Shown here piece after piece: positions 1 to 9,891 of a DNA stretch of 64,000 bases. Source of the DNA: an uncultured virus (IMG/VR IMGVR_UViG_3300025621_000004) (taxonomy: Duplodnaviria > Heunggongvirae > Uroviricota > Caudoviricetes); IMG/VR virus record IMGVR_UViG_3300025621_000004, one strand, 5' to 3'. The stretch's first letter is position 1. Each line of letters starts with the position of its first letter. Both the position numbers and the translations under genes were made by a program. The notes beneath the pieces are model-generated. The model was not told the DNA's origin. It saw only the letters and a list, made by a program, of their open reading frames with translations, and ran no database searches.

Positions 1-2697
1 TATCTTCTCTTCTTTAGGTTCACCATCTCCGCTCAAGACTTTCATGAAAGCCTCAGCAGGTGAATCTCCACCTGGCATAATTGCTTTAACCGCAGCAATA
101 CCAGCTTTACCAAGTTTTCCAATAAATCCAAGGATTGTTCCGACTAGTCCCATCACTCCGTCTATAACAGCTTTAACTACATCTATAATAGTCGACTGGA
201 TTTTTTGTAGCATAGTAAAGGGAAGCATAACGATACCTAACATCATTGTACCAATTGCCTTTATCTTATCTCCGATTCCACCTGATCCTTCTTCACCTTC
301 AGCTGCAGGAGCACCTTCTTCACCTTCACTTCGTTTTGCCTTTAACGCTTTTATTTTTTCTGTCTGGGCTTTAAATCCAAGTGGATCCTTCCATTTCTCT
401 TTAATCTTATTAAACTTCTCCATCTTATCTTCAGGAGCTTTTCCTGATACAGATGACATCATTCTGGCTTCAAATTCTTCTGTAGTTTCTTTCTTCTTTG
501 GTTGAGAAGGAGGCATAATAGCCTCAACTGGTTCAACCGCTTTGGCATCAACCTTATCTTTTATAACAGCAGCATTTTCTTTCTCTTCTTCTTCCTTGTC
601 CTTTGCTCCACCCATGACTCGAAGGAATGCTTCCTTTGGTGACTCTCCACCCGGCATTGCTGCCTTGAGTGCTGCCCAAGATGCTTTTCCAATTAGCTTA
701 ACAAAGTCGAGTGCTCCTGTAAAAGCTGCACCTATTGATTCAACCATTGATGTAAAGAACGACTTCACCTTATCTATCAGCATCATTGGTAAGCCAACAA
801 ACATAAACTTGACTGCATCAAACACCATTCCAAATGCTGCGATCGGTAGATCCCAAAGGATAGACTTTAACACTTTGAATATCCCTTTGATTAACATCGT
901 CGGCAGCGTAATATACATGAACTTCACTGCTTTGAGTATAAGTCCAAACGCTATCATCGGTAAATCCCAAAAGATAAACTTCAGTGCCTCACCGATAAAT
1001 TTGATAAGAGCAATAGGCAACGTAATATATACGAATTTTAAATATGCGAATATCGCCTTGAGTGCCAGCTTTACTGCACCGATTACTCCTTTAACAATTC
1101 CGGCTAGTAGGCCAACTATAATTCCTCCAATACCTTTAATTGCTCCAAACACGAACTTAACAATACCGTCGAGCGCTTGTCCAATACCCTTTTTAATCCT
1201 ATCCATATCGAGAGTGAAGAGACCAGCTATCACATTGAATGCACCTCTAAAGAACTGCACAAATCCATCAACGAAATCAGCAAAGCCACTCTTAATTCCT
1301 TCACCGATCTTTTTAAATCCGAGTAGTTTAAAGATACCTCCGATCATACTTCCGACCATCTTCACTAGACCACCAATCAGAGCATTGAATACTCCAATGA
1401 TTCCTTCACGGAGCATTCCTATAATACCGTCTTCTTTAAATCCCTTCATTGCTCCTTTAATCCCACCGATAAGACCGGTTATAATAGATATGGCAATAGC
1501 AATAACTGGTACAAATTTAGCTAATCCCTTTCCTATATTAAAAGCCATACTAGCATAATTTAGAATAGACTTGACAAAGTTGCCTATAGTACCTCCGCTT
1601 TTAGATAACGCGGTTAGAGCTTTACCAACCCCGCTAAGTCTTTTTACGAAAAATCCGAAGAATTTGCCAATATAACCTTTTCTGGAAAACAAAATTCGAG
1701 TCTTGCGGATTAGTCTATTAAGATTACTTCCAGTTTTTCCAAATATGAATTTCAGTGATTCGAATCCCTCTAAAAATCTATTAAGAGGTTCAATAAGACC
1801 TGTAACCAGACTAGTAGAGATACCAGCAGCAACACCTGCTAGTAAAGCAGGAATACCCATGAGAAGCATTTTAACTAAACCTAAAATACCTTCACCGCGC
1901 ATGGAATCGAAACCCTCTTTGAAACTTTTTGCGAGTGATGATTGGCCTTCTTCGATACCTTTGAGAGCCGCGTTGCCTTCTTTAGCTATTTTTAAAGCTT
2001 CTCTTTTATCTTCAATAGTCTGTAGCTTATCACCTTTTAATAGTGCTATCTGTTCTTCAATAGCTTCTTTCTGTTCTTTAGATGTTGACTTACTAGTAGC
2101 ATTTAAATTCTTCTCAAGTTCTTTTACTTCAGCTTTAATTTGAAGATCGACCTCAGCCATTTCACCTTGCGCAACGATTGAGTCGAAAGCAGACATAGTC
2201 TTAGATGTAGGAACTTGCGCATCACCAATTTTGTATAGAGCGTTATTTGTTTGCTCCGCTTTTTCTAATATGCTTTTCTGATCCTCATTGGATATCGATT
2301 GCATTTTATCACTTTTCAGTAAAGCTATCTGTTCTTCAACACGAGTAACATCCTCGGAACTTAGGCTCTCGGTTGCAGAGAGTAAATTCTCCTCAAGATC
2401 CGCTATGATACGATTAATATCAAGTTGCTTTTGAGCCATTTCACCTTGCGCAACGATAGAGTCAAACGCAGTCGATTGTCTATCAGTTTCAATCGGACTC
2501 GGTGCACGATCTGAATCAGCAGCAGAGATAGACGGAGCTATACTATTTATAGCATCAACAATATCTTTATTAGAATCTTCGGCTACCTCCTTAGGTTTCA
2601 GAACTTCAGTTAAGGTCGCCTTTAGCTCGTCGAATTTCTTCGCGAGCATTTCTTTATCTGCTTTAACTGCGTCAATAATTTCTTTAGGTAGAGCCAT
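1..2697 (-). CDS. Tape-measure-like / baseplate hub (gp29-like) protein, 3'-truncated by the window edge (>=899 aa)
   Basis: Not in the ORF track because it runs off the window. Manual translation from ATG at 2697 (MALPKEIIDAVKADKEML...) gives a helical N-terminus, long Gly/Ile/Phe-rich amphipathic repeats and 19-aa repeats (KFIFWDLP...). A late box (CATAAATA) lies 5 nt upstream, and the gene follows gp26/gp51 as in T4-like phages. Confidence 0.7.
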   Translation of the reverse strand, partial: MALPKEIIDAVKADKEMLAKKFDELKATLTEVLKPKEVAEDSNKDIVDAINSIAPSISAADSDRAPSPIETDRQSTAFDSIVAQGEMAQKQLDINRIIADLEENLLSATESLSSEDVTRVEEQIALLKSDKMQSISNEDQKSILEKAEQTNNALYKIGDAQVPTSKTMSAFDSIVAQGEMAEVDLQIKAEVKELEKNLNATSKSTSKEQKEAIEEQIALLKGDKLQTIEDKREALKIAKEGNAALKGIEEGQSSLAKSFKEGFDSMRGEGILGLVKMLLMGIPALLAGVAAGISTSLVTGLIEPLNRFLEGFESLKFIFGKTGSNLNRLIRKTRILFSRKGYIGKFFGFFVKRLSGVGKALTALSKSGGTIGNFVKSILNYASMAFNIGKGLAKFVPVIAIAISIITGLIGGIKGAMKGFKEDGIIGMLREGIIGVFNALIGGLVKMVGSMIGGIFKLLGFKKIGEGIKSGFADFVDGFVQFFRGAFNVIAGLFTLDMDRIKKGIGQALDGIVKFVFGAIKGIGGIIVGLLAGIVKGVIGAVKLALKAIFAYLKFVYITLPIALIKFIGEALKFIFWDLPMIAFGLILKAVKFMYITLPTMLIKGIFKVLKSILWDLPIAAFGMVFDAVKFMFVGLPMMLIDKVKSFFTSMVESIGAAFTGALDFVKLIGKASWAALKAAMPGGESPKEAFLRVMGGAKDKEEEEKENAAVIKDKVDAKAVEPVEAIMPPSQPKKKETTEEFEARMMSSVSGKAPEDKMEKFNKIKEKWKDPLGFKAQTEKIKALKAKRSEGEEGAPAAEGEEGSGGIGDKIKAIGTMMLGIVMLPFTMLQKIQSTIIDVVKAVIDGVMGLVGTILGFIGKLGKAGIAAVKAIMPGGDSPAEAFMKVLSGDGEPKEEKI

Positions 2698-2705
2698 AGT
2701 ACTAT

Positions 2706-2837
2706 TTATGCATTTTGCTTGCGAATTCTTTCGTTTTCTTCCTTAATATGCTCCTGTAGAAGAGAAACATAAATCTGCCTTTCCCACGGGAGCATATTAT
2801 CTAACTCGGTTAGACTATAATTATGATGCTGCATCAT
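2706..2837 (-). CDS. gp51-like small baseplate hub assembly peptide (43 aa from the first ATG; probably also the C-terminus of a gp26 frameshift product)
   Basis: Manual translation MMQHHNYSLTELDNMLPWERQIYVSLLQEHIKEENERIRKQNA resembles the small 'gp51' of marine T4-like phages (YSLTE..NM.PWER..Y). The frame stays open upstream into the gp26 end. Confidence 0.75.
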   Translation of the reverse strand: MMQHHNYSLTELDNMLPWERQIYVSLLQEHIKEENERIRKQNA

Positions 2838-2884
2838 AGCAAAATTAGTATTATAATGATTTGCCAGTGAATCATGAGAAAGGC

Positions 2885-3586
2885 CTACGAGAAAAAAGAT
2901 TCAATTCCTTCTATAACGTGTTCATTTTCTGTCTCACAGTGCGGGCATTTAAACGAGCACGTATGTGAAAGCTTTGGTACATTCTGAATAAACTCCTGAA
3001 TTTTTTCAAGATGTTTATGAGAAAGGCCGTCAATAAATTCAATCAATTCTTTTTCTGTATGCTCAGATGCCGGATATACGTTATCAGCATCATAGATAGA
3101 TTCAATAGAATAAATCAATGTTTGATTAAAAGATTTTTCAGTGTTCTTTGTGTCGATCTTCTCGGCTTCGGTGAGGCTAATGCTCTTTAAAATTATACCA
3201 ATATCATCAGTGATCTTAATGTTGTTATCGAGTTTTTCTCCTTCAACTACTTCGATCTCTCTAATGTTAACGACATTTTTTGTATATTCATCGCAATTAG
3301 AGCATTTAATATTAATCGTAGTAGTTTCTCCAACGCTTGTTGCTCTTAACTGGAGAAAGATATATTCTAGGTCTGTCGCGGTCAGTGTACTCGTATCAAG
3401 CTTATTGAATGAACAAGCTGAAATGATATCTTTAATGACCTTTAAGATCTTCTTACTATCTTTGGATTCTTGCACAATCATTAGAACTTTCTCTTCCTTT
3501 ACAAGGAATGGTCTAAAATCAACTGTGCGGTTTTGTGAAGGCACTTTAATTGGGTGCGTTTCGTTATTTAGTACTGGTAATGCCAT
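2885..3586 (-). CDS. gp26: Baseplate hub assembly protein, T4 gp26/gp51 family
   Basis: MALP..., FRPFLVKEEK, DLEYIFLQLR..SVGE, CxxC motifs (CSNC, CPHC), C-terminal EGIESFF. Confidence 0.85.
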   Translation of the reverse strand: MALPVLNNETHPIKVPSQNRTVDFRPFLVKEEKVLMIVQESKDSKKILKVIKDIISACSFNKLDTSTLTATDLEYIFLQLRATSVGETTTINIKCSNCDEYTKNVVNIREIEVVEGEKLDNNIKITDDIGIILKSISLTEAEKIDTKNTEKSFNQTLIYSIESIYDADNVYPASEHTEKELIEFIDGLSHKHLEKIQEFIQNVPKLSHTCSFKCPHCETENEHVIEGIESFFS

Positions 3587-3614
3587 ATTATTTTATTTGT
3601 TATTCAATCAGGTG

Positions 3615-4208
3615 TTATGCGAAATTAGGATTATTCCTAGGTGAATCTGTTGCTCCGAGATTTTGTATAGGTGCTGCTGGTTGAGGAACTATAAGTTCTT
3701 CAAAATCTTCATATGTAAATGTTACTGATAGTTGCTGTATTGAGGCTTTATCGGAATCAAGAGTTTGTGCTGTTACTGTAATAGGGAATGCGTTGATAAG
3801 TTTCAATGCGTATATAGTTTGGTCTTGTATATCTTGTTGGTATATAGCAACATCTCTTTTATATGTGCTTGCATAGTTTAATTTATACGTATCACGATCG
3901 AGTATTAAATTTGTCCATTTACTAAAAATGTCTTTAATGAAAAAATCATTTGTCAAATTAAACTTGAATTCCACATCTTCATTTATATATGAATTAGCTA
4001 CCTTCATGCTCTGTCTGTAGTACGAATGATCAGCTGTGCCGATCTGTCTACCTGGCATGGTGGTTGAATCACACAGTATTGATAGATCGCGAATGTCGAG
4101 CGAAGAGTTGAATGCTTCAACGGGTGGGAACATGACTATTTTAAAACGGTTTGTTCTAGCTAGCCCGTTTCTACCAGATACTGTTGCCTTTAGATCGTCA
4201 ATATTCAT
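3615..4208 (-). CDS. Tail-tube-fold protein (gp19/gp54-like tail tube initiator)
   Basis: GLARTNRF, LCDSTTMPGR, NAFPITV...QLSVTFTYEDF; position next to gp2 and gp26. Confidence 0.7.
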   Translation of the reverse strand: MNIDDLKATVSGRNGLARTNRFKIVMFPPVEAFNSSLDIRDLSILCDSTTMPGRQIGTADHSYYRQSMKVANSYINEDVEFKFNLTNDFFIKDIFSKWTNLILDRDTYKLNYASTYKRDVAIYQQDIQDQTIYALKLINAFPITVTAQTLDSDKASIQQLSVTFTYEDFEELIVPQPAAPIQNLGATDSPRNNPNFA

Positions 4209-4795
4209 TAGATTATAGATTTAGAATTCTTCCAGACATTTGCTTTACTGCTCTTAGTGAATTGCTCAGTTGGTAAAAAGATAGCAACTTCCCATTCACT
4301 TGCTGGAACTTCAGTGATTTGTGATTTGATGTTTGATGTTAGATAGTGTTTAAAGCATGGTTCAAATTCTTTCAACTTAGATGCAGCCTTTAACATATCA
4401 TAAGATAAACGTAAGCGTGTAGTCTTATCATATTTCTTATTGTTAGTAAACTCAAGCAGTCTATCAAAGAAAGCGGCACGCAAGATTGGATCTAAGTAAT
4501 GTAGATTCAATCCGTAAAACCCACCTGGCGCTTTATCAACCATAAGGATAAGAGGAAATCTATCGTAGAATGGTAAAGTCTTTTTGTGCTTCGGATCATA
4601 AAAGTACATGAACATTCTTCCAACGAGAGGAGTGTTTGCTTTTTGTAGAGCAGAATCTTTTAGAATCTTAGATCGACTGATATCTGTCATGTATATCAGT
4701 TTCTCACGAAACCACTTCATCGACTTCTTAGTATTATTTTTAATACCAGCAGCTGAAGCTTCTTTTTTAACTTGATCAAAATATGATACGGCCAT
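4208..4795 (-). CDS. gp2: DNA end protector protein
   Basis: GRMFMYFYDPKHKKTLPFYDRFPL, GLNLHYL, PCFKHYL, AIFLPTEQF motifs. Confidence 0.9.
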   Translation of the reverse strand: MAVSYFDQVKKEASAAGIKNNTKKSMKWFREKLIYMTDISRSKILKDSALQKANTPLVGRMFMYFYDPKHKKTLPFYDRFPLILMVDKAPGGFYGLNLHYLDPILRAAFFDRLLEFTNNKKYDKTTRLRLSYDMLKAASKLKEFEPCFKHYLTSNIKSQITEVPASEWEVAIFLPTEQFTKSSKANVWKNSKSII

Positions 4796-4800
4796 AGCTC

Positions 4801-4808
4801 TATTTATA
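4801..4808 (-). promoter_or_regulatory. T4-type late promoter TATAAATA (gp2)
   Basis: Exact TATAAATA, 5 nt before the gp2 ATG. Confidence 0.85.
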
Positions 4809-5252
4809 CTATTTAGTAAGCAACTTTATGCCTAACGATTTGAATGTATCTTCTGTCCAAATTACAAACTCCCATCCTCTGTCAGCTGCATATGATTGTG
4901 CTGTCTCCCACTTTGAGGTATTTTTAACGTATGTCATAACTTCAGTGATGTATCTTTTAGTCTTTCTGCTAGGTTCTTTAGGAGCTTGAGTTTGTTTTTT
5001 TGGTTTTATCTCAATCAGAAATGTTTTTTCCTTTGTCACCATTTTTATGTCCATAAAATATCTGTGGATTTTATTATCTGTCTTACACCGATATGGTATA
5101 ACAGTTTCTTCTGATTGCCATTTGATTACGCTGGGATTATTATCCATCCATCTAAAAGCCTGTCTCTCCCAAAGAGATCTAAACACTACTTTAGTTGGAT
5201 CGCCATCGTATTTAGCGGGATTCTTTACTGTATATCTTCCTCGGTATGCCAT
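4809..5252 (-). CDS. gp4: Head completion nuclease (TnsA-like PD-(D/E)XK)
   Basis: NPAKYDGDPTKVVFRSLWER, WQSEE..IPY, HRYFMD, IEIKP, N.SKWE.A, WTE motifs. Confidence 0.9.
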   Translation of the reverse strand: MAYRGRYTVKNPAKYDGDPTKVVFRSLWERQAFRWMDNNPSVIKWQSEETVIPYRCKTDNKIHRYFMDIKMVTKEKTFLIEIKPKKQTQAPKEPSRKTKRYITEVMTYVKNTSKWETAQSYAADRGWEFVIWTEDTFKSLGIKLLTK

Positions 5253-5261
5253 ATCTTTTGT

Positions 5262-5291
5262 TATAAATAGAAATATAAATAAGTATTTATC
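5262..5291. promoter_or_regulatory. Overlapping divergent late promoters for gp48 (+) and gp4 (-)
   Basis: TATAAATA at 5262-5269 and 5274-5281 (+); GATAAATA at 5291-5284 (-). Confidence 0.75.
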
Positions 5292-5296
5292 TAATT

Positions 5297-6256
5297 ATGG
5301 GAGAGAACATATACAACACAGGTAGCGGATTAAAGTCAAGCAGCGGCAAAAGTACTAAAGCGGCTGGAGCTTCCTCTTCGATTCTGATATACCCGCCTGA
5401 AATTAGAGGCGACATTGAACGACCGTGTGTACTATTTACTGCGCACGAAAGATTTTTCGGAGGTGGTGTAAAACAACATCACGTATGGTTTCCTGCTCCT
5501 GGAGGTATTGCATTCAGCGACAATGCAGCCTACGGCTCTACTGATCTTGGAAACTCCGGTGCTGCTGCGATGAAGGTACTCGACGGAAAACAAGGACTAA
5601 ATAGTATAGCTGGTCAAATTAAATCTTTAAATAAACAGCAGCTCGTAGCGTTGGCTAAAGAATCTGTGCCTGTTCCACAGAAATACAAGGATGTTGGTGC
5701 ACTTGCAACACAGCAAGTATCTAATCCAAACACAAACACCACATTTACTGCAAATGGCGTTCGTAACCATTCAATGGATTTTACAATGATCGCAAGATCA
5801 GAATCTGAATCAGAACTAATTCGTCAAATACATTCTAAGTTTAGACACTTTACATATGCATCAAACGGCGGTGATGGAAATAATATCACGTTGGCCTATC
5901 CTCCTGTTTGGACTATTAAATTTATGAACATGGATTCTGGTACAGAGAATAAATTTATTCCACGTATATATTCATGCTATTTAACAGGAGTTAATTGTAC
6001 AATAAACTCGACCAGCAATATGTATTTCCAAGATAATGCACCGCTTGAGGTTCAGCTTGCATTAACCTTTACAGAGACTCGTGCACTCAATCGAGCAGAT
6101 ATCGAACAGATGGAAAGAGATCAACTTGGAGATCGTGGTATTGATGAGAACGGTCAGCCTTCTGCAACCAGCGCCCCAGCTCATCCAACTCCATCTCCTG
6201 TCAAGCCTATAAAGCCTGTAAAGAAAAAAGGCTTCTTCGAAGATTTACTAACATAG
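5297..6256 (+). CDS. gp48: Baseplate tail tube cap
   Basis: NPNT.TTF....RNHSMDFTMIARSESES, YPPVWTIKF, CYLTGVNC, VQLALTFTETRAL; divergent from gp4 as in T4-like phages. Confidence 0.8.
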   Translation: MGENIYNTGSGLKSSSGKSTKAAGASSSILIYPPEIRGDIERPCVLFTAHERFFGGGVKQHHVWFPAPGGIAFSDNAAYGSTDLGNSGAAAMKVLDGKQGLNSIAGQIKSLNKQQLVALAKESVPVPQKYKDVGALATQQVSNPNTNTTFTANGVRNHSMDFTMIARSESESELIRQIHSKFRHFTYASNGGDGNNITLAYPPVWTIKFMNMDSGTENKFIPRIYSCYLTGVNCTINSTSNMYFQDNAPLEVQLALTFTETRALNRADIEQMERDQLGDRGIDENGQPSATSAPAHPTPSPVKPIKPVKKKGFFEDLLT

Positions 6257-6259
6257 CTT

Positions 6260-7444
6260 ATGTCGTTCTTTTCACAATTTCCCAGAATTAACTATGATAT
6301 CAACAATGACGGTATAAAAACCGAATTGGTCGATATGTTCCGCCATGTTGATGTAAGAGATCCACTGATTGATTCTATTTCAACATATAGATTCTACGAG
6401 ATTAATGACGGTGAACGTCCTGATATCGTGTCAAATCGATTATACGGCACTCCTGATTATTATTGGACGTTCTTCGCTGCAAATGATTTTCTGAAAGACG
6501 GACTAAATGTCTGGCCAAAATCATCTCAGCAGTTTGAGTCGATGTTGGAACAAGACTATGCAGATTATTCAGTATTAGTTTTTATTCCTCGGCAATATCC
6601 AGTTGCGCGTAAATATGATTCTGATTTTGAGATGGTAAATTATTTTGGTGGATTTGAACTCGAAAATGAAAATGTTCGGATAACTGCAAAGAAGACGCCT
6701 GGAGCTTCTGCAAAAATTGTAAAGTTTGATGATAGTAGATTTCAGTTGTGGGTACATGATATCGAAATGATGAATAGGTTTAAAAATGAATCAGAGTGGA
6801 AGATAGAGTATATTGAAAATCCACATGAAAATGATAACTCGCAAGAGTGGACTAAATTTCAATCAGATAGAAAGGAATGGCTTAAGCGCGGGCTTGAATG
6901 GATTAAATTTAATTACACCACAGTATATCGTTCATTCGATGATTCGCTTACTGGTACAGATTTAATTCAAGGATCTGATGCATATTACGAACATTTTTAT
7001 AAGTATTTTTTAAATAAATTAATTTTTACTTCTCATCACTTTTATGAAAAGTCGTATAACGCTCCAGATCGTTTTATTGACAATGAAGACGATGATCAAA
7101 TTATCACGCCGTTTGATGCATACTCACGAGTATATAGCGATAGCGATATCAATTTACCGAATAAATATGTGCGAGGGGAAGTCTATTTCTCGGCCGACCA
7201 GCGTGTTGACCGCTTTGACCGCAGTGAACTTGGAGAGGTGTCTACTAATCTAGCAAAAACAGCAAAATACGTACCAGGTTATGTTGAGACGTATTACACC
7301 GATAAAGCAAAATTCTTATCATATAAAGAGACTCTTGATAAAGTTAATTTCGAAAGACGGCGAATTCGAGTAGTTCGCAACTCAGTGATTAGTGATTTTG
7401 CAGATAGATTCCGTTATATTCTGAATACAGAAGGAGAAGGATAA
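6260..7444 (+). CDS. gp53: Baseplate wedge subunit (LysM-like), with central insertion
   Basis: MSFFSQFPRINY, GERPDIVSNRLYGTPDYYW, WPKS, C-terminal YKE....N..RRRIRVV. Confidence 0.85.
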   Translation: MSFFSQFPRINYDINNDGIKTELVDMFRHVDVRDPLIDSISTYRFYEINDGERPDIVSNRLYGTPDYYWTFFAANDFLKDGLNVWPKSSQQFESMLEQDYADYSVLVFIPRQYPVARKYDSDFEMVNYFGGFELENENVRITAKKTPGASAKIVKFDDSRFQLWVHDIEMMNRFKNESEWKIEYIENPHENDNSQEWTKFQSDRKEWLKRGLEWIKFNYTTVYRSFDDSLTGTDLIQGSDAYYEHFYKYFLNKLIFTSHHFYEKSYNAPDRFIDNEDDDQIITPFDAYSRVYSDSDINLPNKYVRGEVYFSADQRVDRFDRSELGEVSTNLAKTAKYVPGYVETYYTDKAKFLSYKETLDKVNFERRRIRVVRNSVISDFADRFRYILNTEGEG

Positions 7445-7451
7445 ATATATT

Positions 7452-8834
7452 ATGGCAAGAAATAATTTTATTGAAAACGGTTCAGATGTAGCCCTTTCAC
7501 CAGGAGGGTATAACCTTAAGAAGGTTGAACTTACGACACATAGCGGAGAAAAAATAGAAATCCAAAACATTGTACTTAACTTAAGTATAACTGAGTCGAT
7601 ATACACTCCGAATATTATTGCAAAGATCAGCGTAAAAGACGTAAGTAATTTATTCGAGGCCGCTCCGCTTATTGGTCAAGAAAAAATTAATATTGTATTA
7701 GAACGTAAAGTCTGGTCAAGATTGAGACAGAAAAACATATCAAAGGATATTGATTTAACGTTCACTGTTACAGAGTATCCGTTATATGGTCGACCACAAG
7801 AAGAACATACACAGCTATATACAATATCGTGTGTATCTGTACACGCATATGATTCGCAGCTAAAGAAAATCTCGCGAGCATTCGATGATGTTACATCAGA
7901 AGAGATCGAACGGATCATCAAAAAGGATTTAAAATATAAAAAGTTTGAGATAGAAGGCACACCGATATCTCGGATGAAAGGTGTTATTAATTGGCAGACA
8001 CCTCTTGATGCTGCGGAGTGGCTAAGAAAGCAGACATACGATAAGAACATGTCTCCCTTTTTATTGTATCAAACAATTGATGGAACGGTACACCTTTCTT
8101 CTTTGGTAAAACTAATGAAGGCTGATGCATATCATACTTACTACGATACGCGAGAATTTCAATTTGGTCCATATACAGAAGATGATTATAATGAAAAGGC
8201 CTCACGGGTAGTTGACATCGCATCGAATGTTAAGTTTGCTAAAATATATCAAGGGATGAATGGAGCATGGGCATCAGAAAATAATTATTTGGACTATGCA
8301 TACAAGACGTACACCAAATATGATTATAATTATGAGGATGATTTTAAATATAAGAACACTCTGAATAAAAAGAAAGCATTCTCTAATGACACTGGTTGGT
8401 TCGAAAAAAGCATGAATGAGATGCCGCATTCACACCTCGAACATGTTTCGATTAACAACCTTGCCTTCAGAGATAAACATGATTTCGACGGAGAGAAAGA
8501 TATTAATTATAATAAGCTAAAAGAAAATACACATGGTATTACACGTGCGATTGACGAATTGCTTGAGACTTCTTCTCACGATATTAAATTATATGGAGAT
8601 TACGAGTTAAATCCTGGATCGGTCATTGAATTAAAGTTTCCAAGAGCGATTGATCCGATTGACATGAAAAAGTATCTCGCAAAAATGAAACACAAGCCTG
8701 GTTCCGATAGAGAACTATGGGATGAACACCTATCTGGTAGACATCTTATTACATCTGTAAATCACACATTTAGCGATGGTGAATATTTTTCTGAAGTAAG
8801 AGTGAAGAGAGATTCGTTTAGTATAAAATTATAA
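7452..8834 (+). CDS. Baseplate hub protein (gp27/GpD-like)
   Basis: LSITESIY, APLIGQEKINI, YGD..LNPGSVIEL, SGRHLITSVNHTF, KRDS; lies between gp53 and gp5. Confidence 0.7.
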   Translation: MARNNFIENGSDVALSPGGYNLKKVELTTHSGEKIEIQNIVLNLSITESIYTPNIIAKISVKDVSNLFEAAPLIGQEKINIVLERKVWSRLRQKNISKDIDLTFTVTEYPLYGRPQEEHTQLYTISCVSVHAYDSQLKKISRAFDDVTSEEIERIIKKDLKYKKFEIEGTPISRMKGVINWQTPLDAAEWLRKQTYDKNMSPFLLYQTIDGTVHLSSLVKLMKADAYHTYYDTREFQFGPYTEDDYNEKASRVVDIASNVKFAKIYQGMNGAWASENNYLDYAYKTYTKYDYNYEDDFKYKNTLNKKKAFSNDTGWFEKSMNEMPHSHLEHVSINNLAFRDKHDFDGEKDINYNKLKENTHGITRAIDELLETSSHDIKLYGDYELNPGSVIELKFPRAIDPIDMKKYLAKMKHKPGSDRELWDEHLSGRHLITSVNHTFSDGEYFSEVRVKRDSFSIKL

Positions 8835-8837
8835 ATA
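8830..8837 (+). promoter_or_regulatory. Late promoter (gp5)
   Basis: TATAAATA, 7 nt before ATG. Confidence 0.8.
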
Positions 8838-8844
8838 ACTACAG

Positions 8845-9891
8845 ATGAATCCAGAAAATTTTATTAATAATGGTGGAGGGTTTGCATGGTTCACTGGAGT
8901 AGTTGAAGATATCGATGATCCTATGGAAATGGGAAGATATCGTGTGCGCTGTTTTGGTTATCACAATGCTGATAAAACAGCTAAAAATGGTATACCCACT
9001 AAAGAACTTCCATGGGCTACAACGATGTTACCTGTCACATCAGCCTCAATGTCTGGTGTTGGTCAGTCAGCAACAGGTTTGTTATGTGGTACATGGGTAA
9101 TTGGTTTCTTTCGAGATGGTATTAATGCTCAAGATCCTGTTATCATGGGATCTATTCCAACAATAAGCACTAAAGTTAATTATAGTGATGGCTTCACTGA
9201 TCCTAACAAGAGATACCCAAGCAAAAATAAATTAGACACGCCTGACACGCCTGTCTGCGCGCAGGTAAAGGAAGAAAAATATAAAGAAGGATTTAGTTAC
9301 GATAAGAAAAAATCTTTACGAAAGTTATATGATCCTAAAATAACTATAGCTGCAGCATCGATGTCAACAACGAAACCTAAAACTGGAGCTTTACCAGCAG
9401 CATGGGTATTTCCTGCGATTGATGATGTGATGACTCCAACATATCCCCAGAATCATGTGACTGCTTATGAACGAGCAGATGATGCAGATGAAGCAGCACA
9501 CATTGTCGAATATGATGTAACTCCAGGCAAAGAAAGAATATCTACGATCCACAGAACTGGTACATATGAAGAAGTTACTCCAATCGGTGATAAGACTGAG
9601 GTGATTGTTGGTAAGAACTATAGGGTTGTTGCTAAAGGAGAGAATGTTTATATCGAAGGTGGATGCAATCTTACAATTGATGGAGGATGCAATACTAGAA
9701 TTATTGGTGACTGGAATATTCAAGTGACTGGTAATAAGAATGAACACATTGGCGGTAAACACGTACACAGAGTAAATCTTGATCAGACTATTAACATTGG
9801 AACTAGTATCACCGAAACAAGTGGTGGACCATGTACAGAAAAATACGGTGGAAATCAAGTAACTACTGCGCCTAATATCTTCCTCAATTAA
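8845..9891 (+). CDS. gp5: Baseplate central spike (OB fold plus beta-helix, no lysozyme domain)
   Basis: WFTGVVEDIDDP..MGRYRVRCFG, LPWA, GTWVIGFFRDG..AQDPVIMGS, YPQNHV, TPGKERI...HRTGTYEE, 8-residue beta repeats, ends IFLN. Confidence 0.9.
   Translation: MNPENFINNGGGFAWFTGVVEDIDDPMEMGRYRVRCFGYHNADKTAKNGIPTKELPWATTMLPVTSASMSGVGQSATGLLCGTWVIGFFRDGINAQDPVIMGSIPTISTKVNYSDGFTDPNKRYPSKNKLDTPDTPVCAQVKEEKYKEGFSYDKKKSLRKLYDPKITIAAASMSTTKPKTGALPAAWVFPAIDDVMTPTYPQNHVTAYERADDADEAAHIVEYDVTPGKERISTIHRTGTYEEVTPIGDKTEVIVGKNYRVVAKGENVYIEGGCNLTIDGGCNTRIIGDWNIQVTGNKNEHIGGKHVHRVNLDQTINIGTSITETSGGPCTEKYGGNQVTTAPNIFLN

Noticed and set aside
44..2143. Plus-strand ORFs of 153, 338 and 146 aa in the track
   Set aside because: Antisense shadows of the minus-strand tape-measure-like gene; no recognisable motifs.
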